From positions 51,458 through 115,457 of IMG/VR virus record IMGVR_UViG_3300017527_000515: a stretch of DNA of 64,000 nucleotides. The stretch is one strand, 5' to 3'. The DNA comes from a virus. Numbering within the stretch: position 1 is the stretch's first letter; each line of letters opens with the position of its first letter. Of this stretch, positions 40,001 to 52,000 are shown in pieces. Below the pieces are notes generated by a model. The model made no database searches. It saw only the letters and a list, made by a program, of their open reading frames with translations, and was not told the origin of the DNA. Position numbers and translations under genes: made by a program.

Positions 40001-43000
40001 ACTTCATTTATACTAACTCCGTATTCTTTTGCGAACATTACAGCAGACTGAGTTAGAGCATCAAAGTCAGCTTCTAGTGGGTTCATAACCATACGAAGCT
40101 GTGCTATACTAACTTCTATGTCAGCCAATTCACCTACTGAATCCTTAAGTTGTTGTACCCCACCATATACTAAGGTAGCTGCAGCTCCCCACATAATAAC
40201 ACGTCTGGCAGCAGATCTAAATGTTCCGCCTGCCATGTGCATCTTATCTATAAGGTCTGTAGTTCTATGGGTGTAATTCTCAACTTTACCAGCTGTATCA
40301 TCAGTGGTCTCGCCGAACTTTTTAAAGTCGTGTCTGAAATTTCTTAGAACATTGCCAGCAGAGTCTGTCACCTTCTCAAAATAACTAAAGGATTCTCCCA
40401 CTCTGGGACCAGTTCCTGGTGTGTCTGACTCAGGACCAGGCCTTTCGGCAAATTGTTTAAATTTCTCTATATTTCTTCTATGTAATGCTTGCTGTTGGTT
40501 AGGAGGTAAGAAAGTAGGAACCTTAACAGCGCCAGTCTCATACTCTCCGAAGGCTCCGCGCTGTAACCTACCTAGGTCTATCTTTCCGTATACCTGCTCT
40601 ATTTGTTTTAGATATTGTAGTAGAGATCTAACCTGAAATTTCTTCTCTACGTCTGTCTGGAATTCGTCTGATAAATTAAACCTAGAATACTGAGATAATG
40701 CTTCTCTTAGTACCCTAGCCCTCTTAGCTACCTTTTCAAAATCCCATGCCTCTGTAGCATCTCTCCCCTTTCTCTCGAAAAGATCTACATCCATCAGCAC
40801 TCTCTTGGCAGCTTCATCCACGTCAGCTAGTTCATCTACTAGCTTTCTAATCTCTTCGGCCGGGGCCCCTAAGCCTCCAGCTTCAAGTTTATCTATTAAG
40901 TTTTTATATATACCCCTGGTGCGCTCGTCGCCCTCACCAAAAGGTTGTTTGGTTTTTTTATACAGATCTTCCGGTGTCTGGAATACCCCAGCCTGTTTAG
41001 CTAGATCTGGTAGTAAGAATCTTCTGTCTTTGGTATATATGTCTGTAGTTTTACCTAGACTCTTAACTATAAACTCACGTGATTTCTCCACTCTCTTTCT
41101 GAAGTCAGAAAACTCTCTTGTAGCAGGGCCCTGAGCGTTTGCTACATCGAATACCTCTTCTGCCTGTTTGGCCTGGAAAATAAGAAAATCACCCATAGAT
41201 ATACGCCAAAGCTGCCACGCCTTCATAGATTCTTGGAAGGTTATGTAGTCTCCTTCTACTAACTCAGTCAGTAATTTAGAGAACTGTGGGCCTGTGGGTG
41301 GAGCTTCCCCTGCTCCGCCAGAGAGAGCAGATTTAATATCAGTGTGCATCTTCTCTATGTTTTCATTAAAATTTAGATCACTTAAACCAGACTGTATGGC
41401 TATAGACCCCTGATGTAGCTCTGAGATAGCAGCTAGCTGATCTTTAAGAGGATCAGGAAATTTCTTTACCTTATCTTTACCTAAAGTTCTTTCTTCTGGA
41501 GTACCGCCAGTAATCTTTTCTCCGAACGTAGCTCTACCGTATTCAGGATCTTCCTTCATAGCCTGGCCAATATCTTTAGCTCTATTCTCGGCCGCTTTAA
41601 AGTTAGCTCTGGTTTCTTTGTACACCCCTTCTTTGCCTTCCATGAACTCAAAGGCTTTCCTAGAAAGTTGTACGTACTCCTCTATGAATTCATCTGATTG
41701 CTCAGTAACTCCATAGATCTTATCTAACTCTTGTTCTAATAGGTAAGATTTTAGATTTCTAGCTTTGGAGAATGCCGGAGATTTACCACTAACTCTCTTA
41801 CGTAGTTTACTAACGAGGTCTTGGTGTTCCTCTGGTACATCTTCTATACTGGTAGATAAATCTAGTACATAGTTATTTACTAGTTCTCTAGCTGTCTTCA
41901 GTGTCTCTAGATCTGACTTCAGTCTTTCTGGGTCGAAGCCGAATGTTACTGATTTAGCGGGTGTGGTTAGACCAGCATCTTCAGAAGGTATAAAGTCTAT
42001 AGATGCTTGGACTCCTGGAGCAGCCTGTCCTGACTGCACAAGAGCGCCTAGATATACATTAAGCTGAGATCTATAGTCCTCTAGCTTCTGTCTAATATGT
42101 TCTGGTATTTCTTTATCTAATATATCTGCTAGGGCTATGGTACCTTCTGGTCCTATGGCTCTAGATATACTTTCAAATTTAGCGAAGGTCTCACCGGTAG
42201 TTTTAATATCAGATATTTTTTCTACCTGACCTTGTGCGTTTTTATAGGCTACATCAATGAAGCCAGTGATGGGACCTCTGACTCCCTCAACAAACTCTTT
42301 AGGCTTCAGGTATACAAATTTTTCTATCTCTACCTCTCCACCTCTACCAGCAGCCTCAGCCTCATCCTTAATTTTCTTCTGCATTTTTGCATGGAGAGCT
42401 GTACCAATATCGAATGCTGATTGTACATAATCACTCTTTAGCTCTTCTGCATCAAGTCCTAACAACTGTCCTGTGATGGCTTCTAGTTGAGACCCCTGAC
42501 GGTTGCCCTTTATCAGTTCTCCTAAGTCTGCGCCGCCACCTTTAAACTTACTAGCAGTAAATACATTATTCAGATTTGTAAAAAATTGTTTTTTAAGTTG
42601 ATTATATTCTTGTTCTAAATTAACATCAGCTCCCCTAGGACCTACTTCTACTCCTGGGAAGTATTTCTTCTGTAATTTATCGAACTCAGGTTTACCTATG
42701 TTCTCAGAGTGTCTATCAAAATCACTTGATATTTTTTTATAATCTTTTAGCTGTGATTGTAGGCTTCTTATCGAAGCTTCGCCATGCTGATCGTGTTGAT
42801 CTCTAATCTCCGACAGTGCTGATTTTGTTTGTTGCTGTGGGGCAAAGTCAGGATTAAGCTGGTCGGTATAATCTCTTCTGGCGCCAGTACCACCGCCGCC
42901 GCCAAAGAACACTCCCACACCTTGGGCTACACTGTGTATATGTACTGGAACTACTCCTCCAGTCATAGGGAATTGTCCGCCGACACCGCCTCCACCAAAT

Positions 43001-46000
43001 ATAGTACCAGAACCTCCCGGACCGTGTATGCCCTTAGCTTCTTCTCTCATAGCCTGGCCCTGGATAGCAGCGGCCTGCATGTCCTGGGAGAATTTATAGC
43101 TTCTAGCACTTTGTCCAGTGGCCTTAGGTCTGGAAAGATCACTGGCTTCTGGAAATAACGATAGAGTTGTTATACCTTCCTTGGCTCTAGTAGATAAGAC
43201 ATCTAATATCCTATCCATTTCGTAAACTATTTCAGCTTTGGCTGCCAGCTCCTGGGCATAACTCTCAGCTGCTACTTCTACTTCTTCTTTATTAAAATCT
43301 GGATCTTTAGAAAGTAGCTTTTCTCCATGCTTTCTAAAATCCTTCAATAGCTTCTCAGAAACATCTATCTTCTCTTCCCTAGTCAACGTGGGAACTCCCA
43401 CAAGATCAGCCAGTTTTTCTATCTCTTTAATCTGATCTTCTGGAGCCTTTTTTAATATATCTCTAGTAAGACTAGGTAATTCTTCCTCTAGTAGAACTCT
43501 GCTTTTTAGAGCATCTAGACTTCTGTCGACTTTGGTTATATCAAATCCTTCAGCTTGAAGCTTCTTAAACTCATCGTCTATTAGTAATTGGTCTCTATGG
43601 ATATTATCCAGAGTACTCTTGACTAATTGAGAATAAGCTCCAGCATCTAAACCTTCAGCAGCTTCAGCTATAGCGTCTTGTATGTTTCTAGCAGTAGCCT
43701 TGGCTTGTTTATATTTCTTTAATAATTCCTCTTGCTCTTTAGGTTTCTTTCTTAAGAATTGTACACCTTGAGGCACAGTAGGTTCCCCATACCTCTCCGT
43801 GAATCTCTTTTCTTGTCCCTTAAGATTAGATTCCTGACGTGTTATATATAATGGTAGATTAGGAACTGTGATATGTTCACGTACATTGATACCACCTGCT
43901 GCTATTTCTTCTTGTATAAGATTTTTAGCATAAGATTTAGGATCTCCTATCTGCGCACGCTTATCTGGGGATAGCTTTTCTATATTCCTTAGAATACCTT
44001 CCATGGCGCCTTCTCTTACCTGGTCTGCCATTTCGCGGAAGAATGATTCTAAACCAGTAGCCTTGACTGCCATGTCAATCAGCTCGTCTCTATCAGCTCT
44101 GCTCAAATCGAAGGAGCTATACTCAGTACCTCTAGCTTCATAAAGTTGCTCTAGTTCTTTTCGTATAGTAGAGGTATCCATCTTACCAAGTCTTAGCTTG
44201 GTAGACTTATTAACTGCCGCTTCAAAGTCTGCTATCTCACCCTCTGGGAGTAAGGAAGCCCATAGTTCAGTTACCCCATCATACCCTTGTGCTATACGGC
44301 TTTGTATTTCACCGGCTATGGTAGACCCACCAGCATGCTTAACATCCATACCCTTCTGGATGGCAAACCTAAATACCTCATTAAATTTGGTATAAAAGTC
44401 TCTGGCTATCTCATCCTGGCTGCCGCCTAATATTCCTAGATTAGGATTACGGCCAGAGAAGCCCTCACTGGGTTTAAATTCAGCCCCTCCAGTACCTAAC
44501 AGACCAGAACCGAATCCAACACTAGATTCTGCTAATCTATTAAGTCTGTACAGAGCTTCTGTTTCAATACCTGTATGAATCTTAAATAATTGGGCCTCTA
44601 CCGCATCCCTGTATTTAGATTCGAAAAGCCTGCTTCTGACTGCTGCCTGGATCTCATCTACAAAAGTGGTACCCATAGCAGTGTCTAACTCTTCTATAGC
44701 TTTATATATATCCTCAACAAAGCTTACTCTTTTTTCTATACCGCCTTGTTGTTTAACCGCCTTAAGCTCACTAGCTACATCGCCGAATGGAGATTCTACA
44801 TCTCCTACCTGTTTTAGTAGTACGTCTCTGCTGGAACTAGATAGTATAGTATCCTGTATTATACCTTTTAGTACCTCATTAATGCCTTCTACACCTGTAC
44901 CACCTAGACCTAAAATACTCAACTGCTCACTAGGAGTAGCATACTCTAATGTAGGAGTCTTTAGGGCAGCTGTGGGATCATCTGGATCTATAGATGCCTG
45001 ACCAGTTAGAAACGGTTTGACTAAGAAATCAAACCCCTTCTCTTTAGGGAATTTCTTATAAAAAGACTCAGCCATTTCTGACAAGATGGCATCACCTGTA
45101 GGTTGTTGGGAACCAAGCGCATCAGCAGTGAATATATCTCTATATACAGATTGTAGGCTATCGTTGAACTCAGCTACACTCTTATGATGTTTGGCTATCT
45201 CCTCTCTAGCTTCTGCAGTTCTAGCAGTATGTACAGCTATTTCATCACCATCGAAGTCCAACTTGGCGGTATGAGCAGCGTACTTTGGAGTAACCTCTGA
45301 CACGGCCCTGGCCAGTTTGTCCATCAAAGCAGATAATTCATCTACTCTGGTTTGATCCACCGGCATATCGTTAGCGTCTGCTTGTCTAAATAACTGCTCA
45401 CGCTGTTCATGTAGACCTTCGATTATCCCTTTAACCGGAGCTATTATATCGTTTAGTTCATCTAGATTTAAGTCTGGCGCGCCTGGAACCACAAACGCAT
45501 TCTTAGCTCTTTCTCCCTGCGTACCAGATAGTAGTTCTGCCTCGTAAGGAACAATAGAAGATACTCCAGTAAATGGATAACGGATAGCCTCCACAAAAGT
45601 TTTAGTTCTTTCTAACTCTTGTGCAGCCAGTTCGGAAAGAGGACCATCATCACCTACCAAATCCTCTAGTCGTTCTCTATAACTTAGTATATCATATAAC
45701 GTACCGTCTATCTTACTAGTCTGAGCACGCGGTCCTTTCTTGCCAAATTGAATCTTCTGCTCAAACTCAGATATAGGCAATTTTTTAGCGGTAACTTCTG
45801 GTATACCTAATTGGTGCTGCCTTAGTACTGGGAATCCAGCCTTACGTTGTTTGGCTATTCTTTTGCCGTGCTTTGTCGAAACAGATTGTATATCATTTAT
45901 AACATCAGCCAGCGTATTGGCCGCATCATCTGGTAGTTCTGATGAAACAGAAGCTAAAGCTTTTTGGAAGTCCGTAAATTCCTGTGTCCTATCCACTATA

Positions 46001-49000
46001 GCATTAGTGGCTTTCTTCATTACAGCTGGGAACTTACGTGAGAATACAGCTGTACCTATAGCACCTTCTTTACCTACCGCGGCCTCAGCCAAACCGTGGA
46101 AATAATCTATCTTGGCTTTCTGTAGGTTATCAAGTGCCTGTTCGTATTTAAATTGTAACTCTGCGTCTACATCAATACCTAATTTAGCTGCTAGTTCTAG
46201 GCCTTGACCCTTCTGTACATCAGCAGCTAAGCGATACAGTTTCTTCTCAGTGACTGCCATCTCGTTAGCCATGAGTTTGTGCTTATCTTGAAGTGCCGCT
46301 AGTAGATCATTAGGGTCATCAGTAGCTCTACTCTTGAATCTGGAGTCACTCTCTAATACTTTCTTGAACATAGCTATGTTGTCAAACTCACCTTGTTGTA
46401 TTTCAGCTATGCCTTTTACTACAGTATTATATGTCTCTTGTGCTGACGGTCCTTTACCTATTAATAAGTCAGATGCTCTACCTATAGCTGTAGCTAAGGC
46501 AGCCTGCTCTGATTTAGTGCCTAATTGTTTTTGTAGAAATTGCTGTACGTTCTCGAACTCTGTTGGCCCTCTTCTTACTTCTTCGCCGTCTATTATCCTA
46601 GCCGGAGCCTCAGTCTTAGATAGAGCGTTAGTTAGAGTATCAAATATCTTTCTGAGATCAGCCGGTGCTTCTGGAGACTTTGAGTATCTAAGATTTTGAG
46701 CCTGTTTCAACATCTCCGCTACTTCTTCGAACACTCTTTTCTGTACAGTAGTAGCCAACTCACCCTTACCGGTTAGTAGATCGCTTTGGGCTGACTGTCT
46801 AGACAGAAGCTCTGCTTGCTTTTCTGCTGCTCTAGGATCTCCAACTCGGAGCATCTCGTTGAGCTCCATCTCCAGTTTTTCTATGTCAGCTTGTAGAGTG
46901 GCCGGTCTATCTAATAACTCTTTGGCCTTCTTGGCCATATTAACCACGTGCTGTAGTCTACGACCTATATTTTCTACACCTCGCTCTCCGCCTATCAGTT
47001 CCTCTGCGTAAGTACCTCTTGCTAAAGCTCCTGGTACATAGAAAGGCTCGCTCTCTCCAGCCTGACCACCTACCTTAGGTATGTCAAGGAAGAAAGGTTT
47101 GGAGAATTTCTTAGTATCAAATATAGTATCTTTAAGGGTACGCGGATCTGTTTCATCAGCTTTTTCGCTAAGAATACCAGTAGTTTGGTCAAAGTACTTA
47201 ACGGAGCTCAGGGTTACCTTATCAAGAACATTTATCTGTCTTTGTTGTAGCGTACCTGTCTCATCAGCCATGAACTGTAGGGCCTTTAAGAACTCCAATT
47301 GTTTTCTCTGATTGGCGTTGGTAGAGCTCGTGATTTCATCAATTAAAGCAGACTGCTCTCCGAATACAGTAGAGTACGCTGACAATACTGGTATATCCAC
47401 ACTGGCGCCCTTTATACCTCTACGCACATCTTCTTTGCGCCACGGCTCGGTTTCCCCCGTCTCCTGTACAATAGATAGGAACTTAGTACCTACTATACTC
47501 TTACGTCTCTCACCAAATTCATCTATAACAGTGGAATAGTAATTAGACATAGCCTCTAGAGCTTTAGCTCGTTCAGCTATGATCATTTCCATCTGGCGTT
47601 TTTCTTCTTCTGTGTCTCCTGAGGCTTTAGATTTAGCTAGGGCAGCGGCTAATTGTTTTATCTTATCAGTATCACCGACGGTTTCAAAACCTAAAGCGCT
47701 TGATACCTGGCTAAGCTCACCTGCCTTACCGCCACCACCTAATAATCTCTCGTACTGATTTTGGGAGAATTTGGTAGGTAGTGTAGTGAATCCCCGTTCA
47801 CCAACGTCTGTTATGTTACCAAGTACTGCCTCTAGAACTTCAGGCTGTAGACCACGTTTACCTATACCGACTGAACTTATTCTAACATCGATGGCTTTTT
47901 CTTTTACTAATGCCCCACCTATCTCATCTGTAAATAATTTCTTTATTTGTTTGATTCCAGTTACATCATCTGCTAAGCCGGTCTCGCCGCCTGCCAGCTG
48001 TCTACCTGTAATTGCCTGGAATGCTTCGGCTGCTTTCTTGAAAACTCCAGCCTGTTGTGCCTGCTCTTCTGGTACTACTATAGCAGTTTTAGCGTCTCTA
48101 AATAGGTCCAGTATGAATTTATTACCAGACGCTGTTAGCATTTTCTTCAGTATAGCTACATCAAAACCCTCTGATGTCAGCTTCTTTTCATACTTATCTA
48201 CTACCTCTGCCAGAAGCTCTCCCATGCTCCTAGGCAACACTGCCACACCTAGGCCAGCCTTCTGTCTCTCCTCATCAGTAAGGACCTTGACTTTAGCTTT
48301 TGGGAATGCCTGTAGAATTTTACCTATCTCAGTAGCTTCGCCTTCTTCTAACCCTCCAGGAGAAACACTTACCCCCTTAGATCCGTATCGGGATGTGAAC
48401 TTTCTACCGAAGGAGTTTAGGAATACCTCTGTCAATCTGGCTTGCTGTACCTCTACCTCCTCACCGCGGACTACAGTAATAGCACGTTGAATCTCATCTA
48501 TGAAAGCCTGGTCGGCTCTACCTTTATATTGTTCTGGTACACCGAGCACCTCTTGGATTTTGTCCAACACAACTGCAATATCTTTATCTTTTATTGGTCC
48601 TGCTTGTAGATCACTAACCCCAGGCGCAGTTTCCAACCCACCACGGATTCTACCTCCGGGGGCTGGTCTTACTAATGTTTTAGTTATAGTAGTCAGCGCT
48701 TTAGCCAAATTACCAGACACTAGAATCTGATCTTCCATTGTACCGGCAGTATGGCGTAGTTCTGTAAGAACATTAAAACCATAACCCTTTGTGCCTAATC
48801 GTCCTGCAGATATCAGTTCGGATTCCCTCTCAGATCTTAGAGCTGGAAATTCAGTCCCTATACCTTCAAGAGTTGTGGCTTTAAATTCCTTTGCTAGTCT
48901 GTCTAACTCTGTCTTGGATGAGGATATAGCATTGGTAACACCAGCTATATTCCTACCAGTCTGAGTAAATTGAGCTCCGAACGGAGCAAGTTCAGGAAGG

Positions 49001-52000
49001 ATGTCGGTGTACATTTTGGTAGAAAAGGCATCCAATGCACCTAGATATTTGGTACCTTTGTCAGTCTGGCCAGGTCTGTAAAACTCTCCTTTACCAGCAA
49101 GTGCTTCTGGTATGCCTAAGGAAGATACAGTACGTACACCCTCTTTTAAAAGTTGTTGATTAGTTATGTAAGAATCTCTTACTATCTCGTTTAATCTAAC
49201 ATTAAGATTCTTTATGAACTCCTTCTGGGCTGCAGGATCTAGATCTCTACGGCCTTCATCAGCGTAAACATCTGATGTTCTTGTTAGAAGGTTTAATACG
49301 TTTTCTTGCTGCAAACCACGACGTGGGCGGCCAGGCTCTATTAAAGGTAGAGACTGTACCACTTGGTTGATTGCGTTCTCATACTCACGGATGGCTTTGT
49401 CGAATTGGGGCTTAGAACCTAATCCTTTTAGGGGCTCTACCCCAGTTTTTTCGCTGCCTTTTAGAACTCTCTGGATAACATCATAGATATTTTCGAACTC
49501 TATTTTGTCCATAGACTTCACAATATCATATGCTGATAGCCCTGCTGCTCTAAGGGCATCTAACAACTTATTTACATCTCTGTCTACTTCATTAGCCTTT
49601 AAGGCTTTCTCCATGTCAGCTATTAATCTAGATCCGCCCCTACTCTTACTTCCTCCTAATTGGACGGCGCTTACATAAGCTGCACTAGGAATCTGCTCTC
49701 TCAATGCTTGTAGGTTTGCCTCGTTAGCGCGGGCATAGTCCTCCAACATCTGGCGAGCCAGATCTCTAGCCTTGTCTAATTTTAATCCAGCAGGCTTAAC
49801 ACCAACTTCTCTAATCTGAGCAGCAAAATTCTTTTCATATACTAAAGCTTGTTGTTCTTGTAGCTTCTCATATATCTGCTCAAAACCAGTCTTAAACGTA
49901 CCAAACTTCTGCAGTGCTCTCTGACTACCTCTAGCAGTTTCAAAGGCAGGCGCACCTGTTTTAGTCAGCCTAGCTGCCGGTAGACTTACAGTTCTCACTA
50001 GCTTTTCTTCTTTTAATGTTCTAGCAGCTTCAGTTCTACCGACAGTAGCTTTGAATACTTGCTCTAGTGTGGCTCTGTCTTGCCCCAGAACCTTGTTTAA
50101 TTGTTTTACTATGTCAGCACTAGGCAACACACCTTTGATATCGGTTTGTTTAATGTTTACCAGATCGCCTTGAAATCTCTCTATTTCTTTAATCTGTTTG
50201 ATCTGATCTGCAGTGACGCCCTTTAACCATTCAGCTATTTTGCCAGTAAGGTTGGCGGGGGAAGGGAAATTAGCTGCTAGTTCGGTAGCTAACACATCAG
50301 TTAGTTCTTTAACCATGGACTCGGGGCTGCCTTTGGTGGCTGCACCGCGGCCCTTAACGAATAACTGTCTCTTGATTGCCTCGACATTAGCTATCTGGAA
50401 AGCGTGTTGTTTGCCAGCTTCTTTTACATTAGCGCCTGAAACAACCTTGAAGAAATCCTGTACGCTCTTCTCAGAACCGTCTCTTACGATCGACCAACGA
50501 TCGCCTGCTTTTTTAAACTCGGAATTTAATGTAGTAACTATATAGTCTTGTAGATCTACTAATGAAGATGATAGATCATTAATACGTTGTTGTATAAGTT
50601 GTTTATGTTTCTCTTGTGCCTTAGACGAGAAAGTCCCTTCGAATTCTAAGTTGATTCCTTTTTTAGTAGCTGGTAAGGCAGCATCTGGGTATGCACTTAC
50701 AGATGCTGGTCCTCTTAGCCTTGAGTTTAACAAGTCTATTTGTTTAATTAAAGGACTTAGATCCTTAGAACCTTGCCCAGGCAGAGCTGGGGCAGGCCTC
50801 GGAGCAGGTTGTCTGGTTGCCTTCTCAAAAGATTCTGCGGCTTTAGTCAGCTTCTTTGAGGCTTCTGTTGCTTCTTTAAGACCGGCCTCAAATGCTTTAT
50901 CAGTTTCTTGTGGAGATTTGTTTATTTTCTTCTGTACTTCATTAACTAAAACTCTTAGCTGGTCTAATTTCTTTGTGTTTTCACCAGCTATACCTCTGCC
51001 TGCAGCCTCTTTAATAGGAGTAGGCTTCATCTCTCTTAATACTTTTACTAATATATCTTGCTCTGAGGTGATCGTAGCTAGATCTTTTTTGTCTCTGGTC
51101 CCAGATGCAACTTCTTTGGTGACCTTTGCTACTTCAGCCTGGCTCTCTCTGATTACCTGCTTGATGAGTTTACTTATCTCACCGAAATAATTCTTTATAT
51201 CTTTAGCTGGAAGATCGGGTAGATTAGACTTACCACCTGACGGGGTCGCAGCCTTAGAACTCTGATCTAATTTCTTAGTTAAACTATCAGTACTCTTGAC
51301 CACCTGTTTCATGGTGTTATCAAGTTGTTTTATTTCTTTAGGAGCACCTAGTTGTTTGGCTCCAGAAGGTTTATATTCCAGCTCTACTTGTTTAGATATA
51401 CGTTCGAACTTAGTTAGGAAGTCGTCAAAGACTTTCTTGAACTTATCAGAGTCCAATATTTTCCCTGGTACATCTTTTACAGATCTAAATTTCTCTGCCA
51501 TCTTCTGCTTGGTGTCTCTAACAGCATCACCAAGGTCTCTCATTATACTTTCTTGTTCTTTGGTGAGAGTCTTAACAGATTTCTTTAAATCCTTATAATC
51601 CTGGGACAGTTCCTTGGCTTCTTTTCTAAGGTCAATAAGAGACTTTATTACCTTGGGAATCTCTGTGACGTCTATTCCACCATCAGATTTCTTAAGCTTA
51701 GCTATGGCCTCCACTGCTTTGGTGGTAGCGTCTGCACTTCTTTGAATTGATTTGTAGGTTTTGGTAGCCTCTTGTATCGACTTGCCGAGTTCAGTGGATA
51801 CACTAGATCTAATGGAATCACCAATAGCCTTGGAAATAATTTTTGAACCTTCGGGGCCCAGTTCTACACCAGTTTGTCTTGATAGGGATGTATTAAGTTT
51901 ACCTATAGCAGCAGCAACTTGCTTATCTACATTACGTAAAGCAGCCTCCACACTCTTAGTGTGTTCAGGACCACTGCGCTGACCACGTTTAGACATCTCC

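Noticed and set aside
41880-42420. Cas4 / CRISPR association of the nuclease domain
   Set aside because: There are no Fe-S cysteines, and I saw no cas genes or repeat-spacer array in the window.
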